Source: Candidatus Omnitrophota bacterium
Lineage (GTDB): Bacteria; Omnitrophota; Gorgyraeia; Pluralincolimonadales; Pluralincolimonadaceae
Assembly: GCA_041651455.1 (NCBI GenBank)
Contig: JBAZJG010000009.1
Coordinates: 16,450 to 80,449, forward strand
DNA: 64,000 nt
Direction: 5' to 3'
The notes beneath the pieces are model-generated. The model did no database searches, was not told the DNA's origin, and saw nothing but the letters and a program-made list of their open reading frames with translations. Positions 1 to 10,254 of the stretch are shown in pieces; position 1 is the first letter of the stretch; every line of letters begins with the position of its first letter. The position numbers and the translations under genes were made by a program.

Positions 1-44
1 TTTATCCTTATTCCGGGTGCAAGATGAACGCTGAAGGACGGTTC

Positions 45-2921
45 ATGAAAGTGAAGAGAGGCGTTGCGCTGATAATTGCCGTCGGCGTGCTCGCGCTTGT
101 CGCGATGATAGCGACGAGTTTCGCGATCAACATGCAGATGGAATACAGGGCCACGCTCAACTTCGTGAACCAGTCGCAGGCCGCGAATCTCGCGCAGGCC
201 GGCATCGACAGGGCTGTTGCCGATATCCGTTCGTGGGTCGCGAATAATACCTATGATGCCGCGATGGGGAATATCGCGGCAAATTATACGTCACCCGGTA
301 CGGAGGTCGACATAACGGGAGGAAGCTACCAGGTATTCGTCGAGAGGGAGGACCAGAAGATAAATATCAACGCCATCGACGAAACGGATTACCCGTGGAT
401 AGATACGCTCATGGCGGCCGGCTTGAGTGACGTCGATGTTGCGAGGATAATAGATTACCGTGACCCTGATTCCAACGCGCTGACACAGTTGTTAAGGTCC
501 ACAGGTGTAATTATTGCCGCCGGCAATGAGACGAACTCGAAGAATGCGCCTTACGCGAGCGTGGAAGAGCTGCGGCTCGTCCTTAATAATGATGCGAAAT
601 ATAACGCCGTCAGGGACCTTGTCACAATATATGCCCCGCTCATACAGGGCGGGCTCATATGCAAGGGTTATACGAACAGCAGGGATCCTTGGGACAGGGA
701 TACGATTCTGTCCCTGGGTTATTATTCCGGGAAGGTCATCGAGCTGGGCGCGATGAAGGAAGCCGTTGCAGCCAGTGCATCGCCGTGGCCTCCGTCAGGC
801 ACTTTTCCCGGCGCTGATGGCGTTAATTCTGGCTGGGGCGAGGCGCATGACGGAGAGTTTGCCGGAGGGTATTTGGTCGTCGATTGGCAGAACCGTTACG
901 GGCTGGATGGATGCGGGATGGTATTTACCGGTTTTATTTATATTCCCCAGAACAGGGTAAATACGAATATCGTATTCAGGATGCGCAGTGAGAATGGCTG
1001 CAGGCTTTTCATAGACGGAGTCCAGCTAATCGCCGACTGGAGCGACAGGACGATGGGCAGCTGGCCGGCCAACAACGTCCTGACCAGCGGGCCTGTACGG
1101 TTCACGCGCGGCGGGTGGCTTCCGATAAGAATTGACTATTATAATGCCGGGAACCAGAATACGCTGGAACTAAAGTGGGATGCTTTGGGCGCAGAGGACT
1201 TTGTTCCAGCCGATTACTTTGCTTTCTATCCTTCATCATATTACGGAAGGATCCTGGATAAATGGAATACGGATACTTATATTGCGGCGCCTACTCTCGG
1301 GACCGATTATAATTCCGGCGGTATCGTAAAAGTCGTGTCGACCGGAAAGGCAAAGAGGGCGGACGGAACTGTACTGGCGGAAAAGAGGATAACTTCCGTC
1401 GTGCAGGTCTTTAACACCCTCACGCAGACGACCAGGGCGGAATTCTACGCGTCGTGGTTCTCGAATTACAACGATTACAGCGACGGAGAGCTGAGAAATG
1501 TTACCTGGCTCGATAGTTGCCCTATAAGTGCCGATTCGTGGAACGGCTCATCCATGGCGTGGGAAACGGATACCTACAGCAAGAGCTATGATTCCGTCAA
1601 ACTCGGTTACTGGGATGATTTTGACGATGACATAGCATACAGCGTTATAAATTGGAGGGGCGGATACCTTACCAAGATAACGGGAATGCTTCCTTCCAGC
1701 CCCTATACTTTTCCTGATGGCAGGACTTTCTCGGTCCCGACCGGTATTATCTGGGCCGCCGATACTAGATGGGACCTCAGCTTTGGCGACACCTCCCTGA
1801 GGCAGGGTTTCAACGGGACCTACGGTCTCAGGCTCGATTGTAAGGGTAACTATAAAGAATGGGTGACGGTTCCGCCGAATCCTCCCGTGGAGGTTCAGTA
1901 TTACCCGGAAGAGAGGAGCGCTGAGCTTAACGGGAGTTTTTACTCTCCGGGAGCGGTCTTGGGTTATAATATCTTCGCCCGGTGTTATATTTATGATGAC
2001 GGGCAGAAGGAGACCTCCAGCGGAATATGGCACAGGTCTCCGAGCAAGCGCCTGACGAACCCGGGGCAGCCTACGCCTGCTTATACTCCGTCGTGGCTTA
2101 CAGGTTATCTCTTCTTAAAAGAAGATCCTTATGTGCAGGGTAACCCAAAGCCGGGCGGCGGGTATTATTGCCTTGTAAAAGACGGAGATAATGACCTTTA
2201 CGACGCGGATATGAACGAGCTTGATGTGCCCTCATATAGCATCCAAAACGGAACTTATTCCCTTTGGCCGGATGATACACAGTACTATATTTTGTCTTCG
2301 ATAGGAGTGGGGACTACTTACAGGATATATTATACATACAGGACTTCCGGAGGATGGGGTTTTATCCAGGGCAATGCACGAGGCGCCGGCAGCTCCACCA
2401 AGACGGGGGTGGTAAAGCTACGGGGTAATAATCTTTATTACGCTGATGTGGACCAATTTTGGGCGACTCATGCAAATAATGCTTTCATCGAGAAGCTCGC
2501 CGAACGCAACGCTGACTGGTGGGGATGTGACTCTGAGAGCGTAACGCAATTCGATAACATTAGGGTGATCTACCAAAAGGGGTATATCGTGTCCGCCCCG
2601 TTTATTACCAAACTGCCGACCGACAATGCCGCGATAACATGGGATTCCATAACATGGGCCGGCATTATCCCAGTTAATACGTCTATCACGATGTATGCAA
2701 GGGCGGCGGACAGCCCCTCGTCCACAGATAATTTTACCTCGAATTACGCAAGCGGCGCGTCATTATCGGGGTTGTCGGGCAGGAAGTTCCAGTACAAGGC
2801 GTTATTGGCCACGAACGCGCTTAACCCGAACGATTATTCGGCGAGCAGCGTCACGCCTGTTCTTACGGAAGTAACGGCAACATTCCACAAACCGTCGGCG
2901 CAGGTATTCTATCAGCAGTGA
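45..2921 (+). CDS. Giant GspK-like minor pseudopilin (about 958 aa) with an internal PA14 lectin-like domain. An alternative start is at 24.
   Basis: The N-terminus KRGVALIIAVGVLALVAMIATSFA is a GspK / prepilin-type hydrophobic segment. KININAID is an HhH-like GspK motif. Nt ~820-1215 carry the PA14 signature (FTGFIYIP...RLFIDGVQLIADW...LELKWD). The conserved VTWLDSCP motif is shared with the paralogs at 3811 and 7668. An RBS-like gaagga lies 8 nt before the ATG at 45. Confidence 0.6.
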   Translation: MKVKRGVALIIAVGVLALVAMIATSFAINMQMEYRATLNFVNQSQAANLAQAGIDRAVADIRSWVANNTYDAAMGNIAANYTSPGTEVDITGGSYQVFVEREDQKININAIDETDYPWIDTLMAAGLSDVDVARIIDYRDPDSNALTQLLRSTGVIIAAGNETNSKNAPYASVEELRLVLNNDAKYNAVRDLVTIYAPLIQGGLICKGYTNSRDPWDRDTILSLGYYSGKVIELGAMKEAVAASASPWPPSGTFPGADGVNSGWGEAHDGEFAGGYLVVDWQNRYGLDGCGMVFTGFIYIPQNRVNTNIVFRMRSENGCRLFIDGVQLIADWSDRTMGSWPANNVLTSGPVRFTRGGWLPIRIDYYNAGNQNTLELKWDALGAEDFVPADYFAFYPSSYYGRILDKWNTDTYIAAPTLGTDYNSGGIVKVVSTGKAKRADGTVLAEKRITSVVQVFNTLTQTTRAEFYASWFSNYNDYSDGELRNVTWLDSCPISADSWNGSSMAWETDTYSKSYDSVKLGYWDDFDDDIAYSVINWRGGYLTKITGMLPSSPYTFPDGRTFSVPTGIIWAADTRWDLSFGDTSLRQGFNGTYGLRLDCKGNYKEWVTVPPNPPVEVQYYPEERSAELNGSFYSPGAVLGYNIFARCYIYDDGQKETSSGIWHRSPSKRLTNPGQPTPAYTPSWLTGYLFLKEDPYVQGNPKPGGGYYCLVKDGDNDLYDADMNELDVPSYSIQNGTYSLWPDDTQYYILSSIGVGTTYRIYYTYRTSGGWGFIQGNARGAGSSTKTGVVKLRGNNLYYADVDQFWATHANNAFIEKLAERNADWWGCDSESVTQFDNIRVIYQKGYIVSAPFITKLPTDNAAITWDSITWAGIIPVNTSITMYARAADSPSSTDNFTSNYASGASLSGLSGRKFQYKALLATNALNPNDYSASSVTPVLTEVTATFHKPSAQVFYQQ

Positions 2922-3814
2922 GAGGGAGCGTCTTTATGAGGAATATCTTCATCCTTTTAGTGATAGCAAGCGTCTCTGCGGCGCCGGCATCATTTGCGGC
3001 GGGCGCGGATAAATATATAATTAAAGTTCCCGGAGACTGCACTACGATAAAAGAAGCTTGCGAGAGATCGCTTCCCGGCGATACGATACTGCTCGGCGAG
3101 GGCGAGTTCACGGCAGAAAACGGGATAGTGTTCAAAGGAAATACGAAGCTCGCGGGGCAGGGTGCCGACAAGACGGTCCTGAAACTCGGACCAACGGGGC
3201 TAGGGATCATATCCATCAACGGGAACATTAATAATTTTGCACTGAAGGATATAACTGTTGAGGTAAACGGCTATCCGTTTATGGTAAACGGGCTGGACGG
3301 CCTGCTTATTAAGAACTGCGTTTTCCGCGGAAAGAACCTCTCTACATGTCTTGAGATCAGCTCGGTCAGAAATGCGCAGATATTAAATTGCAATGTTGTG
3401 AACGGTGGTTACGGGCTGCAACTCTGGGGAGGCCCTATAGAACTTACTGTCAGGAACTGTATATTTTATAATAATAGAGTGGGAATCGACGTTCCTCGGC
3501 CTCCGATAATGGCAAATACCAGGGATTGGCCGAAAGAAGAAGTTGAAAAATACTGGCAGAGGCCGCGCGAAGATGTCCGCCTTGAGCTTGAATATAATGT
3601 TTTCTGGAATATAAAGGATTTCATAGATTGCAAGAAAGGCGCCAAAGACATAATGTCTGACCCCAGGTTCGCGAATCCTTCAAAGGACGATTATCACATC
3701 AAGGATAACTCCCCGTGTATCGATGCCGGCGATCCCGACAAGAAGTATGACGATCCGGACGGCTCGCGCAACGACATCGGTGCATTTCCTTCCGGCGGCA
3801 AGAAGAGGAAATGA
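2918..3814 (+). CDS. Secreted right-handed parallel beta-helix (pectin-lyase-fold) protein
   Basis: Signal peptide MRNIFILLVIASVSAAPASFAAG. Repetitive N/G/V/I-rich beta-helix rungs (NGNINNFALKDITVEVNG..., NCNVVNGGYGLQLWGG, NNRVGIDV). Overlaps the upstream gene by 4 nt. Confidence 0.5.
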   Translation: MRGSVFMRNIFILLVIASVSAAPASFAAGADKYIIKVPGDCTTIKEACERSLPGDTILLGEGEFTAENGIVFKGNTKLAGQGADKTVLKLGPTGLGIISINGNINNFALKDITVEVNGYPFMVNGLDGLLIKNCVFRGKNLSTCLEISSVRNAQILNCNVVNGGYGLQLWGGPIELTVRNCIFYNNRVGIDVPRPPIMANTRDWPKEEVEKYWQRPREDVRLELEYNVFWNIKDFIDCKKGAKDIMSDPRFANPSKDDYHIKDNSPCIDAGDPDKKYDDPDGSRNDIGAFPSGGKKRK

Positions 3815-6312
3815 CCATGTTAAGGAAGAAAAGGGGCGTCGCGCTTATAATAACGGTGGGCATGTTGTCGCTTATGGCGATACTTGCGACGTCTTTTGCC
3901 TACAATATGATGTTTGACCTCAAGGGATCGGTTAACCATGTATTCAAGCTGAAAGCCAAGAACGCAGCCGATGCCGGCATAGCCCTCGCGATTGCCTATA
4001 TGAGGAACCTCGCCATAACGGATTTTAACGCCACACCGACGGCATCATGTGATTGGGGTTATACAAACGCGTCGAGTCCGTCTTTCGATGCGCGCGACGG
4101 GACTGTGAACAATTCCACAAGCGGCCTTTTTGGGAATGTCGGCAGGAACAGTATAGCCGTATACTCGCTGAAAGTGGTTGACACCAATGCTCAGATAAAC
4201 GTCAATGACACAAACCCGAACCTCAGGGATATCCTAGGCAATCTCACGGAGGTTCTCGGCCTCGCGAGGGCGGACGGAGAAGCTATCGCCGACAACGCTA
4301 ACAGGCCGTTCGCGACGAAGGAAGAGGTGATGACCTCGACAGGATGGACAGCTGCGAAATATGCCGTGATCAGGGATTATATTGCCGTGAACGGTTATTT
4401 CGACGAAAACAGCGAGGATTCTACCGCACCGGTCCCTCTGGGGCCAGGCAGTTACCAGAGGAAGTCGCCGGTAAATATTAATACCGCGAGCTCCGAGGTC
4501 CTTCAGGCTGTCTTAAGGGGAGTGATCACCGACCAGCAAGCGGCGGCGCTTGCGGCCGCGATCATTGCCCAGCGCAACACCGTGCCGTTCAGGGGATGGA
4601 ATGCCGCAACAGCGGCAGGCGGTTTTGACGATTTTATCGATAACGTTTCCATAACGCCTGCGCTCGGTTTAAGCGACAGGGCTAATGTCAAGGATAACGC
4701 CAATCCGAACAGGATAAAGCCCTCGACAAGCACCACGGATTTCTGTTTTAACCCGGGCGGATTCTTTGAGATAACATCCACTGGAACGACGGGCGTTGAT
4801 GCCAATTCGGACGGGGACCTTTCGGATATCATCGACATGGTATCGGCTAAGCAGGAGACCGTCGTCATCGCCAGGATATACGAGGTCCTGAACTATACGA
4901 CAAAAGAGCAGTTCCGCGGGGAGGATGCCAATTATAACGGTGTCTTGGACCCAGGCGAGGATAAAAACGGCAACGGTATCCTTGAACTGCCTGTTTTTTC
5001 AAGGGTGACATGGCTGAATTCATGCCCCGTACTGTCAAACGAAGACCAGGGCCTTGTATATGCCGCGAACTATTCGACGATCCCCAATTCACTGAAACTC
5101 GGTTATTGGGATGGTTTCGACGAAGACAACGACAATGTCAGCAAGAACGGATACAGTTGGTCGAACTGGCAGCAGCAGAACGGGGTGTTGAACATATCCG
5201 ACAGCGACGCTGACGGCGAATGCGAGATGTGGGGATCGGGTTGGCCGAAGTTCGCGCTGGCGGATATCAGCAAGTGGACATTCGGAGGTACTTTCTCCTT
5301 TCGCGTATCTCTAAGGCCTTCCCCGGGCGGCGATGGATGGGAAGATTCCGGGCATATCGATTTTTCGTGGGCAGGGCAGGTTAAAGGTAAACTGTGGACG
5401 CAGAATTGGGGTTTCCAATACTCTCCAAGGAGGGATATTACCCGGCCGGGATGGACCGTGGCTAACGATTCTGCCACAAGCGAGCCCTCATCGGCAAGGG
5501 AGGGAAAGGATTTTGCTGACAGCAAGGTACTGCTCCACATGTGGAAAAACAGCCCCGCCCTGAGGAACGAGCGAACCTACAACCTTGGGTACCTGTATGG
5601 ATTAAGCGATCCTCAGATTAACCACTATTTCGATTATACGGCAACGTCTGGCGACCAGGGGGCGGAGCAGTTCCACGGCGTATGCCCCGTAAGGGAGACC
5701 CTGAAACTCGTCGTTAGTAACGCGCAGAGCCCCAATTACCGCGTCTATCTAGCCGTAGGGCAGGGTTGGCACAGGTATTATAATTTCAGTAACGGATGGT
5801 TCCTTAGCAGCGTAGGTTTCAGCCCGACGACTACCGGTTATGTGATGATACCGTTCCATGCCGACGCGTCGAACGAGCTTAAGCGCGACAGGTACGGTTT
5901 CTGGACAATAACCAACAATGACATAAACAGCTGGCAGCTTACGCAATGGTATCCCGTTCTTTACGGGAATAACGCTTCTCCGCAATGGGACGAACTGAGG
6001 ATAATATCCCCTGACGGGACATATCGCTGTCCGACCTTCATGGCGGGGGAGAACGTCAGGTGGGGGACGATATCCTGGACGGTGACGGTGCCTTCAACCG
6101 CTAACGCCTCATCTGAACAGGTTTCGATGCAGGTTGACACCGGCAGCGGCGCGGCAGCGGTGTCGAAAGACGGCCCGATAGGAGGCGTTTCGGGAGGCGC
6201 GGCCTTTATCGCGTTGCTTTCCAGCATTAACGCCAATTTCACGGAAACACCGGTCCTCGAAGACGTAACGTTGACTTATCTTCCGCCGGTTGAGATCGTA
6301 TATTGCAAATAG
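3811..6312 (+). CDS. Giant GspK-like minor pseudopilin, paralog 2 (833 aa)
   Basis: N-terminus KRGVALIITVGMLSLMAILATSFA. SPVNINTASSEVLQAVL is an HhH (GspK/ComEA-like) motif. Shares FRGEDANYNGVLDPGED and VTWLNSCP with the paralog at 7668. ATGA overlap with the upstream gene. Confidence 0.6.
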   Translation: MTMLRKKRGVALIITVGMLSLMAILATSFAYNMMFDLKGSVNHVFKLKAKNAADAGIALAIAYMRNLAITDFNATPTASCDWGYTNASSPSFDARDGTVNNSTSGLFGNVGRNSIAVYSLKVVDTNAQINVNDTNPNLRDILGNLTEVLGLARADGEAIADNANRPFATKEEVMTSTGWTAAKYAVIRDYIAVNGYFDENSEDSTAPVPLGPGSYQRKSPVNINTASSEVLQAVLRGVITDQQAAALAAAIIAQRNTVPFRGWNAATAAGGFDDFIDNVSITPALGLSDRANVKDNANPNRIKPSTSTTDFCFNPGGFFEITSTGTTGVDANSDGDLSDIIDMVSAKQETVVIARIYEVLNYTTKEQFRGEDANYNGVLDPGEDKNGNGILELPVFSRVTWLNSCPVLSNEDQGLVYAANYSTIPNSLKLGYWDGFDEDNDNVSKNGYSWSNWQQQNGVLNISDSDADGECEMWGSGWPKFALADISKWTFGGTFSFRVSLRPSPGGDGWEDSGHIDFSWAGQVKGKLWTQNWGFQYSPRRDITRPGWTVANDSATSEPSSAREGKDFADSKVLLHMWKNSPALRNERTYNLGYLYGLSDPQINHYFDYTATSGDQGAEQFHGVCPVRETLKLVVSNAQSPNYRVYLAVGQGWHRYYNFSNGWFLSSVGFSPTTTGYVMIPFHADASNELKRDRYGFWTITNNDINSWQLTQWYPVLYGNNASPQWDELRIISPDGTYRCPTFMAGENVRWGTISWTVTVPSTANASSEQVSMQVDTGSGAAAVSKDGPIGGVSGGAAFIALLSSINANFTETPVLEDVTLTYLPPVEIVYCK

Positions 6313-7514
6313 GAGAAGAGATGCGGGGACTTAAAAATTTGGCCTTCGTTTTGTTGTTATCTGCCGTTATCTTGTGCCTGGGCGAGGCGCAGGCGGATAT
6401 TATTGAGTTGAAGGAGGCGGGGGAAAAGATAGACGGGAAGATAATCGAGGAAAGCGACACTCATGTGACCGTGAAACTCAAGACGGGGGGAAAGAGCACC
6501 TTTCCCAAAGCGTGGATAAAGAACATAAAGAAAGCGGAGATACCGGAAGAGGAACTTTATACGAAGCAGGACGTATACCTTTCGAAGCTCAAGATGCTTG
6601 ACCCGAATGATGCCGAAGCGCAGTTAAGCATCGCCAAGTGGTGCTTTGATAATGCCACCGCGGACAACGGGCTCTTTGAAATGGCCGACAGGCACTATAA
6701 GGCCGCGAAAGAGTTGGACCCGAAATTTGCCGAAAAAGGCGGCAAGGAGCTTGCCGCTGCACAGGAGAAAGAGGCAGAAAAACTGTTTTCCGTAGCGGAA
6801 ACCGAATATAAGCTGGGCGAATATTTTAAGGCCGAACAGATGGCGATATCGGTGATTTCGCTTTACCCGGATTCCTCTTTTGCGGGAAAAGCCAGGGGGC
6901 TTATAGCGAAGATCTGGGGTAATGCCAGGGCGCCGAAGATATTCGATAACCCGCAGAACCTGCCCGAGATCGTATTTACGGTTGAAGAGATGCAATCAGT
7001 GCTTTCCCATATGGGCACCGAAGAGCGCAAGCAGGCGTATTTCATGAAGTGCCTTGATCGCGGTATAGATTACGAGGAGCGGGCGGAGGAGGTCGATAAA
7101 GACAGGAAGGGCGGGTATTATATGGCAGCGATATCATGTTACGATGTCGTTTCGGGTTCAGCCGCAGGCCAAGTGAAGAAATCCGCCGACTTCAAGATGC
7201 AAGGCTCATTAAAAAAATATTTTGACGGTAAACCGGAGCCGTTCAGCGATGCACGTTACGCGCTGATGGCCGGATATATTCTAAAGATACAGGACCCGTC
7301 TTATATAGAAAAGCTTACCGTCCAATATTCCAAGCTGGGCGACGAGTTGTTTAAGAAAGCGAAGAGGATGAAGCAGCCTGAGAAATCAGAAAAAGCCAAA
7401 ACGGCGTATTTTTGCTTCTCGATCGTAAACAATTATTCAAAAGACGAAATGATAAGGCAGGATGCCTTCGAGAAAATGATAGAATGCCAGCGCCTTGAGA
7501 GAGCGCGCAAGTAG
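6303..7514 (+). CDS. Secreted partner protein of unknown function, paralog A. The probable start is at 6321.
   Basis: Signal peptide MRGLKNLAFVLLLSAVILCLGEAQA. Paralogous to 10255..11457, with the same C-terminus (E/V)CQRLERARK and a shared KQPEK...AYFC(F/Y)SI block. No family recognised. Confidence 0.45.
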   Translation: MQIGEEMRGLKNLAFVLLLSAVILCLGEAQADIIELKEAGEKIDGKIIEESDTHVTVKLKTGGKSTFPKAWIKNIKKAEIPEEELYTKQDVYLSKLKMLDPNDAEAQLSIAKWCFDNATADNGLFEMADRHYKAAKELDPKFAEKGGKELAAAQEKEAEKLFSVAETEYKLGEYFKAEQMAISVISLYPDSSFAGKARGLIAKIWGNARAPKIFDNPQNLPEIVFTVEEMQSVLSHMGTEERKQAYFMKCLDRGIDYEERAEEVDKDRKGGYYMAAISCYDVVSGSAAGQVKKSADFKMQGSLKKYFDGKPEPFSDARYALMAGYILKIQDPSYIEKLTVQYSKLGDELFKKAKRMKQPEKSEKAKTAYFCFSIVNNYSKDEMIRQDAFEKMIECQRLERARK

Positions 7515-7520
7515 ATGTAT

Positions 7521-7575
7521 AAAATCTTGCTTTTGAAAAGAAATATTTGACATCACGGTGATAATCTTGTATACT
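7521..7575 (+). promoter_or_regulatory. Conserved about 25-nt A-rich upstream element plus a sigma70 promoter: TTGACA (7547-7552), 17-nt spacer, TATACT (7570-7575).
   Basis: Read directly from the sequence. The same cassette recurs at 11465..11520 with about 90% identity, although the flanking coding sequence has diverged much more. Confidence 0.55.
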
Positions 7576-7667
7576 TTAATAAAATAAGAAAACCGATAAA
7601 AGAAGAATTATTTTTTTTGAGCAAAAATGCCCCCGTGGGCATTCAATCAAACCATAGGGTTGAAGCA

Positions 7668-10247
7668 ATGAATAGCAGTAACAGGAAGGGTGTCGCTCTC
7701 ATCATAACGGTAGGGATCCTTGCGCTCCTGGCTATGATTGCGACCTCTTTCGCGTATAATATGATGGTTGACCTCAAGGACGCCGCCAATTATGTATTGA
7801 AGATGAAGGCAAAGAACGCGGCTGAAGCGGGGGTAAACCTTTCGATAGCACACCTCAGGATGCTTGCCACAAGCGATTTCAATGCAGTCCCTACAACCGC
7901 ATGCGATTGGGCATATACGAGTTCCACGCAGCCGTCATTCGACGGCCGCGACGGCACAGCAGGCAATTCAACGAGCGGATTGCTGGGCGATGTCGGCAGG
8001 GGGCATATCGCCGTGTGTTCGTTGAGGGTTACCGACACCAATTCACAGATAAACATAAACGACACCAACCCGAACCTGAATGTCATCCTTGGCAATCTCG
8101 GGACCATTTTGGCCATTCCGGGATGGGCACAGGCGAATGCGGACAGCATGGTCTCCGGAAGGCCTGCGGGCGGTTATGCGACCAAGGAAGGGATAGTCGA
8201 ATATATGCCGGGCGCCGACCTGACGGCAAAGAGGGCTAATTATGCCCTTATAAGGGACTTCGTGACCGTCAACAGCTATATAGACCAATACAGCGAGGAC
8301 GCGGCCGCCCCGTTGCTTACCAGTAATAATTACCAGAGCAAGTCGCCGGTCAATATCAACACGGCAAGGAGGGAGGTATTGCGCGCGGTCCTGCGCCCGC
8401 TTGTCAGCACGGATGTGAACGCGGCTCAGGTAGCCAACGCGATAGTCACCGCGAGGACAATGGTCTCCCCGTTCCGGAGCTGGAACGGGACTGCGGCACA
8501 GGGAGGTTTCAATGCTTTTATAGACAACATAAATCCGACCATACTGAACAATCCGCAGAAGGAGGCCATCAAGAATAATTTCAACCCGAACAAGGTCAAA
8601 CAGGGCACATATACGACGGATTTCTGTTTCCACCCGGGCGGTCTATACGAGATCGTCTCGACCGGCACGGTCGGATTAGACAATAATTCGGACGGCGCGG
8701 TTGAGGATGTCAAGGCAAGGCAGGAGCTCACCGCGGTCGCGAGGATATACAGCATCCTTAATTATACGGCAAAGGAGCAGTTCCGCGGCGAGGACGCGAA
8801 CTATAACGGCATTTTGGACGCGGGCGAGGACGCGAACAGCAACGGCGCAATCGACAGCCCGACGTTCCAGAATGTGACATGGATGAATTCATGCCCGGTG
8901 GTCTCGACGGAAGGCGACAGCGTCAAATATCCCGCGGTCGGCGGTTATACGGCAGTTCCGAATTCCATCAAGCTCGGAGTTTGGGATAATTTTGACGAGG
9001 ACAATTACGATACGAACGGAGACGGAGTGGTCGAGAACGGCTTCAGTGTCTGGGCGTGGACAAAATTGTCCGGCGGGCTGTCGACAAGAGAAATAAGAGA
9101 TGCCGATGCCGACGGCGATATGGAGATTTATGGTACCGGAGACTATTCGGGGTCCCCGTGGATTTACCCTAAATTCCAATTAAGGCCGGACTGGGTATTC
9201 GGAAAAAGGTTCTCGCTTAGGGCCTTTCAGATCCCGAATGTAGACGGGGACGGAATAGACGATGGCGGTCATATAGATTTCACTAGTTTCGCCGCCGGCA
9301 CCACATATGGATCCTTGCTGATGATGAGATTTGCATATAACTATCCGGGAGGCAGGGATATGACCAGGCCTCCTGCGTCAGTAATATGGGATGATTCTGC
9401 CACAGCTGCCGGTAATGCAAAAAAAGGCAAGGATTTTCCCGATAGCAGCATCTTCCTGAAGATGAGTAACACCAGTATGCGTCTATACAGGCTGGGCGAC
9501 CTGTACGGTTATACAGACCAATTTACGGACCACTATAATTTTTGTACCGATCCTACAGCAGGTGCCGTTACTTTTTTTGAAGAGGGGATAGATAGGTATC
9601 ACGGGGTAATGCCGGAAATATATACTTTGAAACTTGCCGTGAGCCCCGATTTGTCGCCAAATTACCGGGTCTGGTTCGCGGTCGGGAACATAAATACCGC
9701 CGAACAATATGACTATCATAACGGTACATATACCGGGTTTATAGCGTGTTCAGCTCCGTCCGCTAATTTTATGGCAGTTCCGATACATACCAGTTCGCGC
9801 ATGTCTTATGATAGGTATGACTGTCACGATATAGCTTGCCCCAGCAATACCTGGAATATCAGCGCATGGTACCTGACGCTTTACGGGCAGCATTCCTCCA
9901 CAACATGGGATGAGGTAAGGGTCATACCCGATACCGGGTTTTACCAGTCGTCCGCATTTGCGGCATCGTTACTTAACGGCGGTAATCCCGTAATATGGGG
10001 TACGGCTTCATGGACTATTAGCATACCTTCCACCGCTAGCCCGGCAAGTGAAATATGTAACGTACAAACGGATATCGGAAGCGGAATGGTGAATGCTGCA
10101 TATAACGGGGCAATAGGGGGGTCCTCAAACTCAATCTACTATAAGATAAATTTATCCTCGATCGACACGGATTGCAGCGAGACGCCGGTCTTCGAGGACA
10201 TGACTATAACTTATCTACCCAGGGTAAGCATATTATATCAGAGGTAA
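7668..10247 (+). CDS. Giant GspK-like minor pseudopilin, paralog 3. The ORF track begins at a TTG at 7617, but the start is more likely the ATG at 7668.
   Basis: N-terminus RKGVALIITVGILALLAMIATSFA. SPVNINTARREVLRAVL is an HhH motif. VTWMNSCP motif present. A 7-bp hairpin (7626-7643) and a T8 tract lie between 7617 and 7668, so the 5' end is probably untranslated. Confidence 0.6.
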   Translation: MNSSNRKGVALIITVGILALLAMIATSFAYNMMVDLKDAANYVLKMKAKNAAEAGVNLSIAHLRMLATSDFNAVPTTACDWAYTSSTQPSFDGRDGTAGNSTSGLLGDVGRGHIAVCSLRVTDTNSQININDTNPNLNVILGNLGTILAIPGWAQANADSMVSGRPAGGYATKEGIVEYMPGADLTAKRANYALIRDFVTVNSYIDQYSEDAAAPLLTSNNYQSKSPVNINTARREVLRAVLRPLVSTDVNAAQVANAIVTARTMVSPFRSWNGTAAQGGFNAFIDNINPTILNNPQKEAIKNNFNPNKVKQGTYTTDFCFHPGGLYEIVSTGTVGLDNNSDGAVEDVKARQELTAVARIYSILNYTAKEQFRGEDANYNGILDAGEDANSNGAIDSPTFQNVTWMNSCPVVSTEGDSVKYPAVGGYTAVPNSIKLGVWDNFDEDNYDTNGDGVVENGFSVWAWTKLSGGLSTREIRDADADGDMEIYGTGDYSGSPWIYPKFQLRPDWVFGKRFSLRAFQIPNVDGDGIDDGGHIDFTSFAAGTTYGSLLMMRFAYNYPGGRDMTRPPASVIWDDSATAAGNAKKGKDFPDSSIFLKMSNTSMRLYRLGDLYGYTDQFTDHYNFCTDPTAGAVTFFEEGIDRYHGVMPEIYTLKLAVSPDLSPNYRVWFAVGNINTAEQYDYHNGTYTGFIACSAPSANFMAVPIHTSSRMSYDRYDCHDIACPSNTWNISAWYLTLYGQHSSTTWDEVRVIPDTGFYQSSAFAASLLNGGNPVIWGTASWTISIPSTASPASEICNVQTDIGSGMVNAAYNGAIGGSSNSIYYKINLSSIDTDCSETPVFEDMTITYLPRVSILYQR

Positions 10248-10254
10248 TAAAGGA

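Noticed and set aside
7611-7643. T8 tract plus 7-bp hairpin (AATGCCC-ccgt-GGGCATT) read as a possible terminator
   Set aside because: On the + strand the T-run precedes the hairpin rather than following it. On the minus strand nothing is transcribed. It is more simply a 5'-UTR structure of the third pseudopilin gene, and it argues that the TTG at 7617 is not the true start.
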